Shown piece by piece: positions 17,143 through 26,248 of a DNA stretch of 64,000 nt. Where the stretch lies: contig JACQDB010000043.1 of the NCBI GenBank assembly GCA_016201275.1, positions 339-64,338 of the forward strand. Reading direction: 5' to 3'. The translations under genes were made by a program, and so were the position numbers. Under the pieces are notes generated by a model. That model saw only the letters and a list, made by a program, of their open reading frames with translations, was not told the DNA's origin and did not search any database. This stretch comes from Acidobacteriota bacterium. Its GTDB lineage: Bacteria > Acidobacteriota > Blastocatellia > UBA7656. Positions within the stretch are counted from its first letter, which is position 1. The number at the start of each line of letters is the position of its first letter.

Positions 17143-20100
17143 ATGATTAGAATAACCAATAAGCGGCTTCGCTTTGTGAGCAGCTTGGTCATGCTTCTGG
17201 CGCTGGTGTTTGGCCCAGGCTCGGCGTTTTCTGCGCTGGCCGCTTTACAGGAAAACACCGGAAGCATACAAGGCACCGTTAAAGATCAAAGTGGCGCAGT
17301 CATCCCGGATGCCAAAGTTACCATAAGTGGCACTAACTTGATCCGCCCGATTGACACCAAGGCCGATAGCAAAGGCTTTTATGTGTTTCCCAAGTTGCCG
17401 GTCGGCACCTATACGGTGACGGCATCGCAGGTCAACTTCAAGACCGTGAAACAAGAAGGTATCATGCTTGAACTTGGTAAACAGCTTACTATAGATATGG
17501 ACTTGCCTGCTGGCAATGTTTCCGAATCGGTCACAGTTACCGCCAGTTCGGAAACCATTGACGTAACCTCAAGCAAGACCGCCACCAACATCGGTGAATC
17601 GTTCATTGATAAAACTCCCAAAGGGCGCACCTTCAACACCATTTTACAAGTTGCTCCCGGCGTGCGTTTCGAACCGAAACTCGGCGTTGTCGCGGGCGGT
17701 CCCGGCAGCGGCGATGTGACCGGCACAGGAACCAGCCGTCCGGGCGGCGGCGTTGGCGGGTTTTCCGTTGACGGTGCCAGCGGTTCGGAAAACTCTTTCG
17801 TCATTGATGGCGTTGATGTATCCAATGTCCGCAATGCCGCCTTGGGTCGTGAGAGCGCTCTGCCTTTCGAGTTTATCCGTGAAGTGCAGGTCAAGACCGG
17901 CGGCTTCGAGGCCGAATACGGCGGCGCGACCGGCGGCGTGATCAACGTCGTCACCAAAAGCGGCAGCAACGATTTCCACGGCGAAGGGGCCTTAATGTTT
18001 ACGGGCGCAGGTCTCAATGCTTCGCCGCGCGGTTTCTGGAGGCTCAATCCGCAGAATCTTACCCAAGCTGAATTTTTCCGCCAGAAAGAAGATGAGTATC
18101 GTTCGTTGTTCCCAGGCTATGCGATTGGTGGCCCACTCATCAAGGACCGTTTGCATTTCTTCTCCAGCTATTTCCCCGAATTGAGTCGCACTGAGCGTTC
18201 CATTGCCTTTGCCAGCGGCGCACGCACCACTACTAATCGTGTGCTTCGCCATTTTTCGTTACAAAGACTTGATTATGCGCCGACCCAGAACATCCAGATC
18301 AATACTTCCTATATCTGGACACCAATTCGCAACCAGGGCGTGTTGACCGGCGTTGATCCGAAGGTCGCACCGCCAAGCGGCGATTTGTCCAAACTGGGCG
18401 GGTACACCCCGGCCAGCGCTTACACGGCGTCCTTCAATTACACCGTAACTCCTAAGCTGATTCTCAGCGCACGCTACGGTTATAAATACCTCAACGAAAA
18501 AGGCAACACTTATGGACTGCCAACTGGAACGCTGTTGCTTTATCAGCGTGCAACTTCTGGCTCCAGTTATGTCGGACCAGCGGTTCCGGCCAGTGTAGCC
18601 GGACCGGCGGGATTGCAGAACATCTCGAACCCGTTCAATGTCATCAAGGACATCACCACCCGTCACAATGTCTATCTTGACGCTTCGTACATTACGCGTA
18701 TCTTCGGACAACAGCACACCTTCAAAGGCGGCTATGCGCTCAATCGCATTGCCAATGATGTCTCCGATGATTACCCGAATGGACGTTTCGACATTTACTG
18801 GGGGGAAGCGGTTAGACGTGGCTCCATTGATACAGATGCAAAAGGTAGAGGCACCTATGGATATTACATCTGGGTAGATGGTATCAAACACAACTCCAGC
18901 GTCAACAGTCGCAACCAAGGTTTCTACTTTCAAGATCAGTGGCAGATTCATCCGCGCGTTACGATCAACGCGGGGTTGCGTGTCGAAAACGAATTCCTGC
19001 CACCTTTTACTTCCGAAGTGAATGGGGCAAAAGTTCCCAATCCGATCAGCTTTGGCTGGGGCGACAAGATTGCTCCACGTATTGGCGGCGCGTGGGATAT
19101 TCGCGGCGACGGACGTTGGAAGTTCAGCGCCAGCTATGGTCAATTCTACGACACCTTGAAATATGAACTGGCGCGTACCTCGTTCGGTGGTGACTATTGG
19201 CACGACCGCTATTACAAACTTGACAGCACCGACTTGAGTTCCTTGTCGAAAGCCACACCAGGGGCGCTTGGCGCGCTGATTATTGATGTGGATAACCGCA
19301 CCATTCCTATCAACGCGCAAGGCCAGTTAGATGGTATTGATCCGGCCATCAAACCAATGTCGTCACGCGAATGGGCGTTCACGCTCGAACATCAACTCAA
19401 TTCCAACAACATCACTTCGGTGCGTTATACGCACAAGCGCTTGGTTCGCGGAATTGAAGACATCGGCACCTTGGATGCTCAGGAAAATGAAGTGTACGTC
19501 ATTGGCAATCCCGGCTTCGGTCAGACCAGCGATAGTGTCAAAGCGCCAAATGGCAGAGCTTCGATTACTCCGAAAGCCAGACGTGAATATGACGGCGTTG
19601 AAGTTCGTTTCGACGGGCGGCGTAACGAAGGCGTTCTCAGAGGACTTTCCTATACCGCTTCTTACACCTGGAGCCGACTCTATGGCAACTGGTCTGGACT
19701 AGCGAACTCGGATGAAAACGGGCGCTCACAGCCGAACGTCAGCCGCGCCTTCGATTTATTCTACAACAACTCGGATTCGAAGGGTAACAATGTGTTCGGA
19801 CGTCTGGCAACAGATCGCCCACACGCCTTCAAGTTCTTCGGGAATTATGACATTCACTGGGGCAAGAGCGGCGTAACCAGCCTCTCCCTGTCACAGATTG
19901 CCTACAGCGGCACACCGCTAAGTTCTGAAGTCACGATTATCGTGCCGGTTTTTTACAACGGTCGTGGTGATTTGGGACGCACTCCTGCGTTGACTCAAAC
20001 GGACATCTTGGTTGCTCACACCTACTCGGTGACCGAGCGCGTGAAGTTCAAGGTTGACGCCAATGTCACGAATTTGTTCAATCAGGCAGCGGTGACCAAT

Positions 20101-20295
20101 GTCAACACACGCTTGAATCGCAATGGCAGCATCACTTCAGTTGCGACGCCGGAGAAGTTCTTTGCTGGATTTGATGCGCCTTCGCTGATCAATCCAGTCA
20201 ACGGTGCTTCACCGGCTAGAAGCGCGATTTACAATCTGCCTTCAGCCTATCAGATCGGTCGGGAAATCCGCTTGGGCTTCCATGTAACCTTCTAA
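17143..20295 (+). CDS. TonB-dependent receptor-like outer-membrane protein with N-terminal carboxypeptidase-regulatory-like domain (Oar-like)
   Basis: AGGAGG SD; signal peptide; 'GSIQGTVKDQSGAVIPDAKVTI...GFYVFPKLPVGTYTV' CarboxypepD_reg; plug 'FSVDGASGSENSFVIDGVDV'; beta-barrel ending in ...RLGFHVTF with terminal Phe. Confidence 0.8.
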   Translation: MIRITNKRLRFVSSLVMLLALVFGPGSAFSALAALQENTGSIQGTVKDQSGAVIPDAKVTISGTNLIRPIDTKADSKGFYVFPKLPVGTYTVTASQVNFKTVKQEGIMLELGKQLTIDMDLPAGNVSESVTVTASSETIDVTSSKTATNIGESFIDKTPKGRTFNTILQVAPGVRFEPKLGVVAGGPGSGDVTGTGTSRPGGGVGGFSVDGASGSENSFVIDGVDVSNVRNAALGRESALPFEFIREVQVKTGGFEAEYGGATGGVINVVTKSGSNDFHGEGALMFTGAGLNASPRGFWRLNPQNLTQAEFFRQKEDEYRSLFPGYAIGGPLIKDRLHFFSSYFPELSRTERSIAFASGARTTTNRVLRHFSLQRLDYAPTQNIQINTSYIWTPIRNQGVLTGVDPKVAPPSGDLSKLGGYTPASAYTASFNYTVTPKLILSARYGYKYLNEKGNTYGLPTGTLLLYQRATSGSSYVGPAVPASVAGPAGLQNISNPFNVIKDITTRHNVYLDASYITRIFGQQHTFKGGYALNRIANDVSDDYPNGRFDIYWGEAVRRGSIDTDAKGRGTYGYYIWVDGIKHNSSVNSRNQGFYFQDQWQIHPRVTINAGLRVENEFLPPFTSEVNGAKVPNPISFGWGDKIAPRIGGAWDIRGDGRWKFSASYGQFYDTLKYELARTSFGGDYWHDRYYKLDSTDLSSLSKATPGALGALIIDVDNRTIPINAQGQLDGIDPAIKPMSSREWAFTLEHQLNSNNITSVRYTHKRLVRGIEDIGTLDAQENEVYVIGNPGFGQTSDSVKAPNGRASITPKARREYDGVEVRFDGRRNEGVLRGLSYTASYTWSRLYGNWSGLANSDENGRSQPNVSRAFDLFYNNSDSKGNNVFGRLATDRPHAFKFFGNYDIHWGKSGVTSLSLSQIAYSGTPLSSEVTIIVPVFYNGRGDLGRTPALTQTDILVAHTYSVTERVKFKVDANVTNLFNQAAVTNVNTRLNRNGSITSVATPEKFFAGFDAPSLINPVNGASPARSAIYNLPSAYQIGREIRLGFHVTF

Positions 20296-20330
20296 ACGCA
20301 TTTCTCACAAGAGAAGTCTGCGCCTAACCA

Positions 20331-20374
20331 AGTGAGCGGTTCATCTTTGCAAAGATGAACCGCTCACTTTTTTA
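20331..20374 (+). terminator. Rho-independent terminator
   Basis: gtgagcggttcatctttg / caaagatgaaccgctcac 18-bp stem followed by TTTTTT, 35 nt after receptor stop. Confidence 0.75.
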
Positions 20375-20504
20375 ACGCCATCAATAGAAGCGCTTGACTT
20401 CGTTAAGCGCTTGAAGTTCCGCGTTCACTTTTGCCGTGGCGTTCGCCGCCTGCCAAAGGCAAGTTAGCGGTGGGAGTGATCAAGTTCTCAATCAAGCGTT
20501 GGAA

Positions 20505-21476
20505 TCATTGCTTCGCTCTTTCTTTGGCTCTCATTTTATCAAGCATCTCTTCAATCTGCGGACGATTCTTGATGTCCTTGGCCTCTTTCAAAAATAGTTC
20601 CAATTCGCGCACGGCAGCGGAAAAATTTTCCTGCTTGTTATAAATCGCCGCCAGATAAAGATGCACTTCGGCGGCGCGCTCACGCCCCAACTCGTAAGCC
20701 TTCTTGAACGCCACCTCCGCCTCCGCTGCGCGGTTGTTGCCATAAGCCAGACCAAGCGTGGTAAAAACATGGAAATTGGCCGGGTCTTTATCGGCAGCTG
20801 TCTTGAGCGCTTCAATCGCTTCCGGCTGCTTTTTGAGTTTCAAATGCGCGACACCCAGCGCGTACCAACATCTGGGCGCATTGTGATTCACGTCCAAGGC
20901 GCGGGTAAGCAGCGGCAGGGCTTTGTCATAGTCGCCTCTCTTTACATATTCCAGACCGAGGGCTTCAAGAGCGGAAAAATACTCCGGGAACCACTCTACG
21001 GCCTTCTCAAAGGCAGCGATGGCCTGCGCCACATCGTTCTCTTGTAAGCTCTTTGCGCCGCGCTCATATTCGAGGCGCGCCACTTCGGGGATGGTTTGCG
21101 AAAACACGGTTCCGGTAATCGTATCGCGATTCACCGTCTTCTTAAAGCGCAGTGTGAAATCATAAATAAACTCTTCGCCACCGCCGCGAAGGCTGCCCGA
21201 TTGTACTTCTATGCGGCTGGACAGGGCTTCTTCATAAGGAGTGCCGACCACATCTACTTTGACATAATAGATAGCAGAGCGCAGTTCCTTGAATTGATAG
21301 CGCCCGGAGACGCTGAAGATGGTGCGGATGCTTTGATAATTTTCGTCCAGCAGCGAAACTCTGATGGCATCCACGGGTCTGCCAGTAGTGTCGTGGATAA
21401 CGCCGCTCAGTGAAAATGGAGATTGCACTGCTGATAGCTGAAAAAAGAGACTGCATAGTACAAGCAGAATGGTCAT
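20505..21476 (-). CDS. Secreted TPR-repeat protein with N-terminal carboxypeptidase-regulatory-like beta domain
   Basis: Signal peptide MTILLVLCSLFFQLSAVQS; 'SGVIHDTTGRPVDAIRVSL' domain; ~5 TPR units in C-terminal half. Confidence 0.6.
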   Translation of the reverse strand: MTILLVLCSLFFQLSAVQSPFSLSGVIHDTTGRPVDAIRVSLLDENYQSIRTIFSVSGRYQFKELRSAIYYVKVDVVGTPYEEALSSRIEVQSGSLRGGGEEFIYDFTLRFKKTVNRDTITGTVFSQTIPEVARLEYERGAKSLQENDVAQAIAAFEKAVEWFPEYFSALEALGLEYVKRGDYDKALPLLTRALDVNHNAPRCWYALGVAHLKLKKQPEAIEALKTAADKDPANFHVFTTLGLAYGNNRAAEAEVAFKKAYELGRERAAEVHLYLAAIYNKQENFSAAVRELELFLKEAKDIKNRPQIEEMLDKMRAKERAKQ

Positions 21477-21627
21477 GACCTACTCTCCTGATTTGGTTTC
21501 GCCGCTTCTTCAAATGCGTCAGCAAACTGAAGGCAAGGCATCTCTAGATGTCCGCTATTATACACCCGGCCATTCCGAATCAACCACCTGTTTGCTAAAC
21601 TCCATAAGCTTGTGACAGGGGAAAACC

Positions 21628-22077
21628 ATGACCACAACCTACCAATCACACTACCAGGATTTTCTTATCAGCACCGATCCATCTTTATTGAATCTTGAGG
21701 TCATTCATGAATTTTTGACGCGCTCGTATTGGGCGCAAGGTATCGCTGTCGAAATCGTTAAACAGTCGCTAGAAAACAGCCTGTGCTTTGGCGTCTATCA
21801 TCACCAGCGGCAGGTCGGTTTTGCGCGGGTCATCACCGACTATGCGACCTTTGCTTATCTGGCTGATGTATTCATCCTCGAAGAATGTCGCGGTCAGGGG
21901 TTGAGCAAGTGGCTGATGGCAACCTTGGTCGCACATCCTGACCTGCAAGGCTTGCGGCGCTGGCTGCTGGCCACACGCGATGCTCACGAGCTTTATCGCC
22001 AATACGGCTTCGCCGATCTAGCCAGCCCAGAACGCTGGATGGAAAGATATTTTCCCGATATTTATTCGACGCAGTGA
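21628..22077 (+). CDS. GNAT family N-acetyltransferase
   Basis: 'RGQGLSKWLMATLV' acetyl-CoA binding motif A (R/Q-x-x-G-x-G/A). Confidence 0.7.
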   Translation: MTTTYQSHYQDFLISTDPSLLNLEVIHEFLTRSYWAQGIAVEIVKQSLENSLCFGVYHHQRQVGFARVITDYATFAYLADVFILEECRGQGLSKWLMATLVAHPDLQGLRRWLLATRDAHELYRQYGFADLASPERWMERYFPDIYSTQ

Positions 22078-22181
22078 AAACGTCTCACAGACTTGGCGGC
22101 ACAACGATAAGAGAAATCAAATCACTGCGTCGCCCACTTTTTACACTTCACTGCGTCGCCTATTTTCGAGGCCGCGCCGCC

Positions 22182-23468
22182 TCAGCCGAAGCAATACAAT
22201 CTGCCGTCTTGTGAACCGATGACCACTTTGCCTGCGGCTATGGCCGCTGATGCCGACAGCGGCGCACCGGCATTGAACTCCCAAATCTTCGCGCCGGTCT
22301 GAAAATCCAACACGTAAAAACGCCCGTCATTCGAGCCTACGAAGACTCGGCCATCGGCAAGCACTGGCGATGATTCAACCCGCGCTCGCGTCGCAAAGGT
22401 CCAAATCGCTTTGCCGGATTTGGCATTCAAACAATGCACCATCTTGTCGCGCCCACCGATGACGAGGCGACCATCCACCACGCCTGCCGAAGCGTAAAAC
22501 GGAAACTGGCGCTGCGGATGTTGATAATGCCAACTGATGCGCCGCGTCGTTACATTGACGCCCAGCACTTCATTGTTGAAAGTGCCGTAATAGGCAAGGC
22601 CATCAACCAAAGCCGGTGACGCGCCGGTGTAAGCGCCCGAAGCAATTTGAAAAAGCTCTTTGCCATCGCTGATGCGAATCGCCCGGAATTGTTCATCGCA
22701 ACCGGCTATGTAAGCGACGCCGTTCAACACTCCCGGCGTGCAATGCACTGCGCCGTTGGTGCGGAATTTCCAGATGAGCGCGCCGCTGCGTGCATTCACA
22801 CAATAAAGCTGCTCGTCGTAAGAGCCGATTAATAATTTATCGTCCACCACGACCGGCGACGCTTTGATCTCCGCAGCGGTTTTATAGGTCCATACGCCTT
22901 TGCCTGTGCTGGCATTCACGGCGTGAATCACTCCGGCTAAATCGCCTATGTAAACCAAGCCGTCTTTGACGCACGGCGAAGAGGTTTCAATATCTCCCGT
23001 CGCATATTTCCAGCGCAACGCACCGCTTTGCAAATCGAGCGCCAGCAGTTCGCTCTTGTGCGTGCCGACATAGACCGTGCCATTTTCAATAGCCGCCGAC
23101 GATTCGATAGACTCGCCGCCTTCATAAGTCCACAACAGTTTCAAATCCTTCGGCACAGGAGACAAAGAGATCGCCGTGTTTTGCAGGTTGCCGCGAAATT
23201 GCGGCCAATGCTCGGCGAAGGTATATTTTTGCGACAAGGCAAAAGGCAAAAGGCAAAAGGCAAAAATGAAAAACACCAAGGCACCGACCAACACCCGTCT
23301 TGCATAGATCGTGCGTTGCTTGCCAACGAATAGTGGCCAAATCAAACTGGCATTGATTCGGCCAAATAACGAGGGAATTCTTGCATCAGGCAATGCGAAC
23401 CCTTGTGCTACAAACTCCGGCAAATTTTGTCTGTTGCCGCTTGCCTGTGGCTTTCTTAATACGCGCAT
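22182..23468 (-). CDS. PQQ-repeat beta-propeller protein with N-terminal signal-anchor (paralog 1)
   Basis: Eight 'DG.(V/L)Y.G(S/T).DG.(L/F)YA.D..(T/S)G...W' repeats. Start set to ATG 23468 (MRVLRK). The TM segment FIFAFCLLPFAL is encoded by GGCAAAA x4. Confidence 0.65.
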   Translation of the reverse strand: MRVLRKPQASGNRQNLPEFVAQGFALPDARIPSLFGRINASLIWPLFVGKQRTIYARRVLVGALVFFIFAFCLLPFALSQKYTFAEHWPQFRGNLQNTAISLSPVPKDLKLLWTYEGGESIESSAAIENGTVYVGTHKSELLALDLQSGALRWKYATGDIETSSPCVKDGLVYIGDLAGVIHAVNASTGKGVWTYKTAAEIKASPVVVDDKLLIGSYDEQLYCVNARSGALIWKFRTNGAVHCTPGVLNGVAYIAGCDEQFRAIRISDGKELFQIASGAYTGASPALVDGLAYYGTFNNEVLGVNVTTRRISWHYQHPQRQFPFYASAGVVDGRLVIGGRDKMVHCLNAKSGKAIWTFATRARVESSPVLADGRVFVGSNDGRFYVLDFQTGAKIWEFNAGAPLSASAAIAAGKVVIGSQDGRLYCFG

Positions 23469-24595
23469 CGGTACATCTCCAAAGCCTCGCTTGCGCCGAA
23501 GGGGCGCGGATTGAAAGTGCCTGTCCATTGTCTGGCGGCGTCCTCAGCAAGCATCTTCAAGTCGGCAGATTTGATGCCAACCTGGCTTAGGCGTTGCGGC
23601 AGTTGGCCGACTTCAATCAATTGCTCCAGTCTGGCGGCCAGCGCTTCACCGGCCTGCTTTGCAGCAGCGATATTCGCCACCTTCAACAGTTCGCCATAGC
23701 GTTCAGCCACCAACGCGCTGTTCCATCTGACCACAGACGGCAGCATCACGGCTATGGCTTCGCCGTGCGCCGTGCCATAATGCGCCGTCAACGGATTGGC
23801 GCAAGCGTGCGTTGCTCCCAGCATGGAATTTTCAATCGCCACCCCCGCGAAGTACGCTCCGAGTTGCATCGCGCCACGCCCTGCCAAGTTGTGGGGATCG
23901 GCCAGCACACGTTCATAATTGGCTTCCAACAAACGCCAGGCTTCTCGCGCATACATCTCCGACAAAGCGTTGCGCCGCGTCGTCACATAACTTTCGACGG
24001 CGTGCGAAATGGCATCAAAGCCCGCTGTTGCCGTCACTGTCACCGGTTGCGAAACCGTAAGTATGGGGTCAAGCAGCGCCACTCGAAAAGCCGCTTTCGG
24101 ATCACCGCAAGCCATCTTCTCATGGGTATCGGCATCGGCTATGAGCGCGTAGCATTGCGCTTCGCTGCCGGTTCCAGCAGTCGTCGGAATAGCTATCATC
24201 GGCAGCAGCGCTTGCGCGGCTTTCCCATAGCCCTTGTAATCGCGTATCGCGCCGCCGTTGGTCAATAAAAAATTGATGCCCTTGGCGCAATCCATAGAAC
24301 TGCCGCCGCCCAAACCGATCAGCGAATCAATAGCTAGAGACGAAGCAAAATCGCGTCCCGCTTCCACCATGCGGGTGTTCGGGTTCGCCTCGAAATCATG
24401 AAAGACAAACGCTTCAACGCCGACCTCTTTGAGCAGTCGTATCGCTTCGTCAACATAACCGCTATCCATCAACCCCTGGTCAGAAACCAACAAGGTACGG
24501 CGAAAGTTCAACGCACCTGCTGCTGCGCCAAGCTCTTTGAATTTCCCTGCGCCGTAATGGATTTGCGTGTGAAGTTGAAAATCGAATGGTTGCAT
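23456..24595 (-). CDS. Iron-containing (group III) alcohol dehydrogenase
   Basis: 'GLGGGSSMDCAKG' and His-rich metal site 'HA..H' motifs; 379 aa. Confidence 0.85.
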   Translation of the reverse strand: MQPFDFQLHTQIHYGAGKFKELGAAAGALNFRRTLLVSDQGLMDSGYVDEAIRLLKEVGVEAFVFHDFEANPNTRMVEAGRDFASSLAIDSLIGLGGGSSMDCAKGINFLLTNGGAIRDYKGYGKAAQALLPMIAIPTTAGTGSEAQCYALIADADTHEKMACGDPKAAFRVALLDPILTVSQPVTVTATAGFDAISHAVESYVTTRRNALSEMYAREAWRLLEANYERVLADPHNLAGRGAMQLGAYFAGVAIENSMLGATHACANPLTAHYGTAHGEAIAVMLPSVVRWNSALVAERYGELLKVANIAAAKQAGEALAARLEQLIEVGQLPQRLSQVGIKSADLKMLAEDAARQWTGTFNPRPFGASEALEMYRCAY

Positions 24596-24603
24596 AAAAG
24601 ATT

Positions 24604-24673
24604 GGTTATTGGTTATTGGTTATTGGTTGTTGGTTACTCGATGGGTTTCGTCATACCAGTAACCAATAACCAG
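24604..24673. repeat. Tandem-heptamer hairpin: GGTTATT x4-5 arm pairing with agtaaccaataaccag arm
   Basis: ggttattggttattggttattggttgttggttact ... agtaaccaataaccag; fills the spacer between the stop of PQQ paralog 2 (24677) and the Fe-ADH start (24595). Confidence 0.6.
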
Positions 24674-24676
24674 CAC

Positions 24677-26248
24677 CTAATTCGCAGGTTTTACTGCGGC
24701 GGCGGGTGCGGCTTTATCTGCCAACGCGAAAAGTTGATTGCGATTCATCACGTACAAAGCGCCATTGGCAGGCACGGCGCTGCTGTACACCGAACTACCC
24801 ATGCTGATTTCGGCAAGTTGTTTTTTCTCTTTACCGGCTTGCAGAATCACCACGTCGCCGTCTTCATCGCCGAGATAAACTTTACCGTCCACAACCAACG
24901 GCGATCCCCACACAGCGGCCAGCATATCGTAAACCCACATGACTTTGCCGGTCTTGGCATCCAGACAATGCAAGAAGCCGCTGAAGTCCGCGTAATAAAT
25001 CAAGCCATCGGCAATCGCGCCAGTAGAAATCGAACGGCGAATCTTGTCGTAATGCCAGACCACGCCCGCTTGCGTGATGTCGCCGCGTTTGGTTGCATCT
25101 ATGCAGTAAAGATGGCCTATGCCTTCGCCGTGTTCGGGGTCCTGGCCGTTCGCCATATAAACTTTGTTATCCCAGATGACCGGTGTGCTGATGACTTCGT
25201 TGCGCGTCTTTGGCCACACCGAATCTTTCGGGTTGCTGTCAAACTCCCAAAGTTTTTTGCCGGTCAACGCTTCGTAGCCGCGAATCCAGCCGTCGCCTTC
25301 GCCCATCACCACCTGCACGACGCCGCCAATCGTGCCGACCGCCGGTGATGACCATTGCCCGTGCAGTATGCGGTCACCAACATTGTTGACTTCCCACACC
25401 AGCTTGCCATTCTTTTTGTTAATCGCGATCAAGTTCGGGGCTTTCGGCGAAGGAATGTTGACGTGACTTTCATCTTGGCCGTTCGAGGTATTGATGAACA
25501 GCAAATCGCCGTACATGACCGGCGAGCAGTTCGACATATTATGCGGTTGCGAGCCGACCTCTTCCATCATATCGAATTTCCAGATGATGTCGGGGTCAAA
25601 CTTGCCGGTCAGTTTTTCCTCTTTATAGGGCCCGTCGTTTTCATTATCGCGGAACCCTTGCGTATCCAGGCACATCACTTCGCAACGATTGGTGACGTAA
25701 TAAAGTTTGTCGCCTTCGACCAGTGGCGACGAGCAGACGCCTTGAAAAGGCCAGTCGTTGACGCGCCCCGCAGGCAGTTTATCGTTGACCTGTTGCCATA
25801 AAAATTCGCCGGTCGCTTCGCCAAAACACATCAACACGCCTTTGTCGCCGGTCTGCTTCGCATCACGCGGCGCTTCATTATTGGTGCCAACGTAAACCTG
25901 CCCACCGGCAACCACAGGATTGCCGTAACTTTGCGAACCGAGGGTGGCAACCCATTTGATGTTGATCTTTTTGTTCACGTCCCAAGTTACCGGCAAGCCT
26001 TTCATGTTGGAAGTCATGTTGCGGTCAGGCGTGCCGCCCCACATCGGCCAATCGCCAGAGCCGGGGTCTGAAGCCAGCACTTTGTTTCCGGGTAAACTGT
26101 TTCCCAGTTGACAAATTATCAGAAACACCAGCGCCAGCACAGTGAATTTCCAGTTTGACAACCCGCTGCTGAATAAGCTTTTTGCCATTTGCCATTTGCC
26201 GTTGGTCATCTGCCATTTGCCTTCGCGCCAAGCCCTTTGCCGTTTCAT
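24677..26248 (-). CDS. Secreted PQQ-repeat beta-propeller protein (paralog 2)
   Basis: ATGA start/stop overlap with upstream paralog at 26245-26248. An alternative start at 26188 (MAKSLFSS..., signal peptide) would leave the GCCATTT repeats non-coding. Eight PQQ-like blades. Confidence 0.65.
   Translation of the reverse strand: MKRQRAWREGKWQMTNGKWQMAKSLFSSGLSNWKFTVLALVFLIICQLGNSLPGNKVLASDPGSGDWPMWGGTPDRNMTSNMKGLPVTWDVNKKINIKWVATLGSQSYGNPVVAGGQVYVGTNNEAPRDAKQTGDKGVLMCFGEATGEFLWQQVNDKLPAGRVNDWPFQGVCSSPLVEGDKLYYVTNRCEVMCLDTQGFRDNENDGPYKEEKLTGKFDPDIIWKFDMMEEVGSQPHNMSNCSPVMYGDLLFINTSNGQDESHVNIPSPKAPNLIAINKKNGKLVWEVNNVGDRILHGQWSSPAVGTIGGVVQVVMGEGDGWIRGYEALTGKKLWEFDSNPKDSVWPKTRNEVISTPVIWDNKVYMANGQDPEHGEGIGHLYCIDATKRGDITQAGVVWHYDKIRRSISTGAIADGLIYYADFSGFLHCLDAKTGKVMWVYDMLAAVWGSPLVVDGKVYLGDEDGDVVILQAGKEKKQLAEISMGSSVYSSAVPANGALYVMNRNQLFALADKAAPAAAVKPAN
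26183..26222. repeat. Tandem heptamer GCCATTT array (x4, one degenerate)
   Basis: gccatttgccatttgccgttggtcatctgccatttgcc; each unit's reverse complement contains ATG. Confidence 0.5.

Noticed and set aside
18259-19320. 353-aa ORF antisense inside the TonB-receptor gene
   Set aside because: Fully embedded on the opposite strand of a confidently assigned 1051-aa receptor; GC-rich genomes generate long antisense ORFs; no motifs.
23594-25801. 224-, 316- and 148-aa plus-strand ORFs over the Fe-ADH / PQQ paralog genes
   Set aside because: Antisense to well-supported genes; no start-site support.
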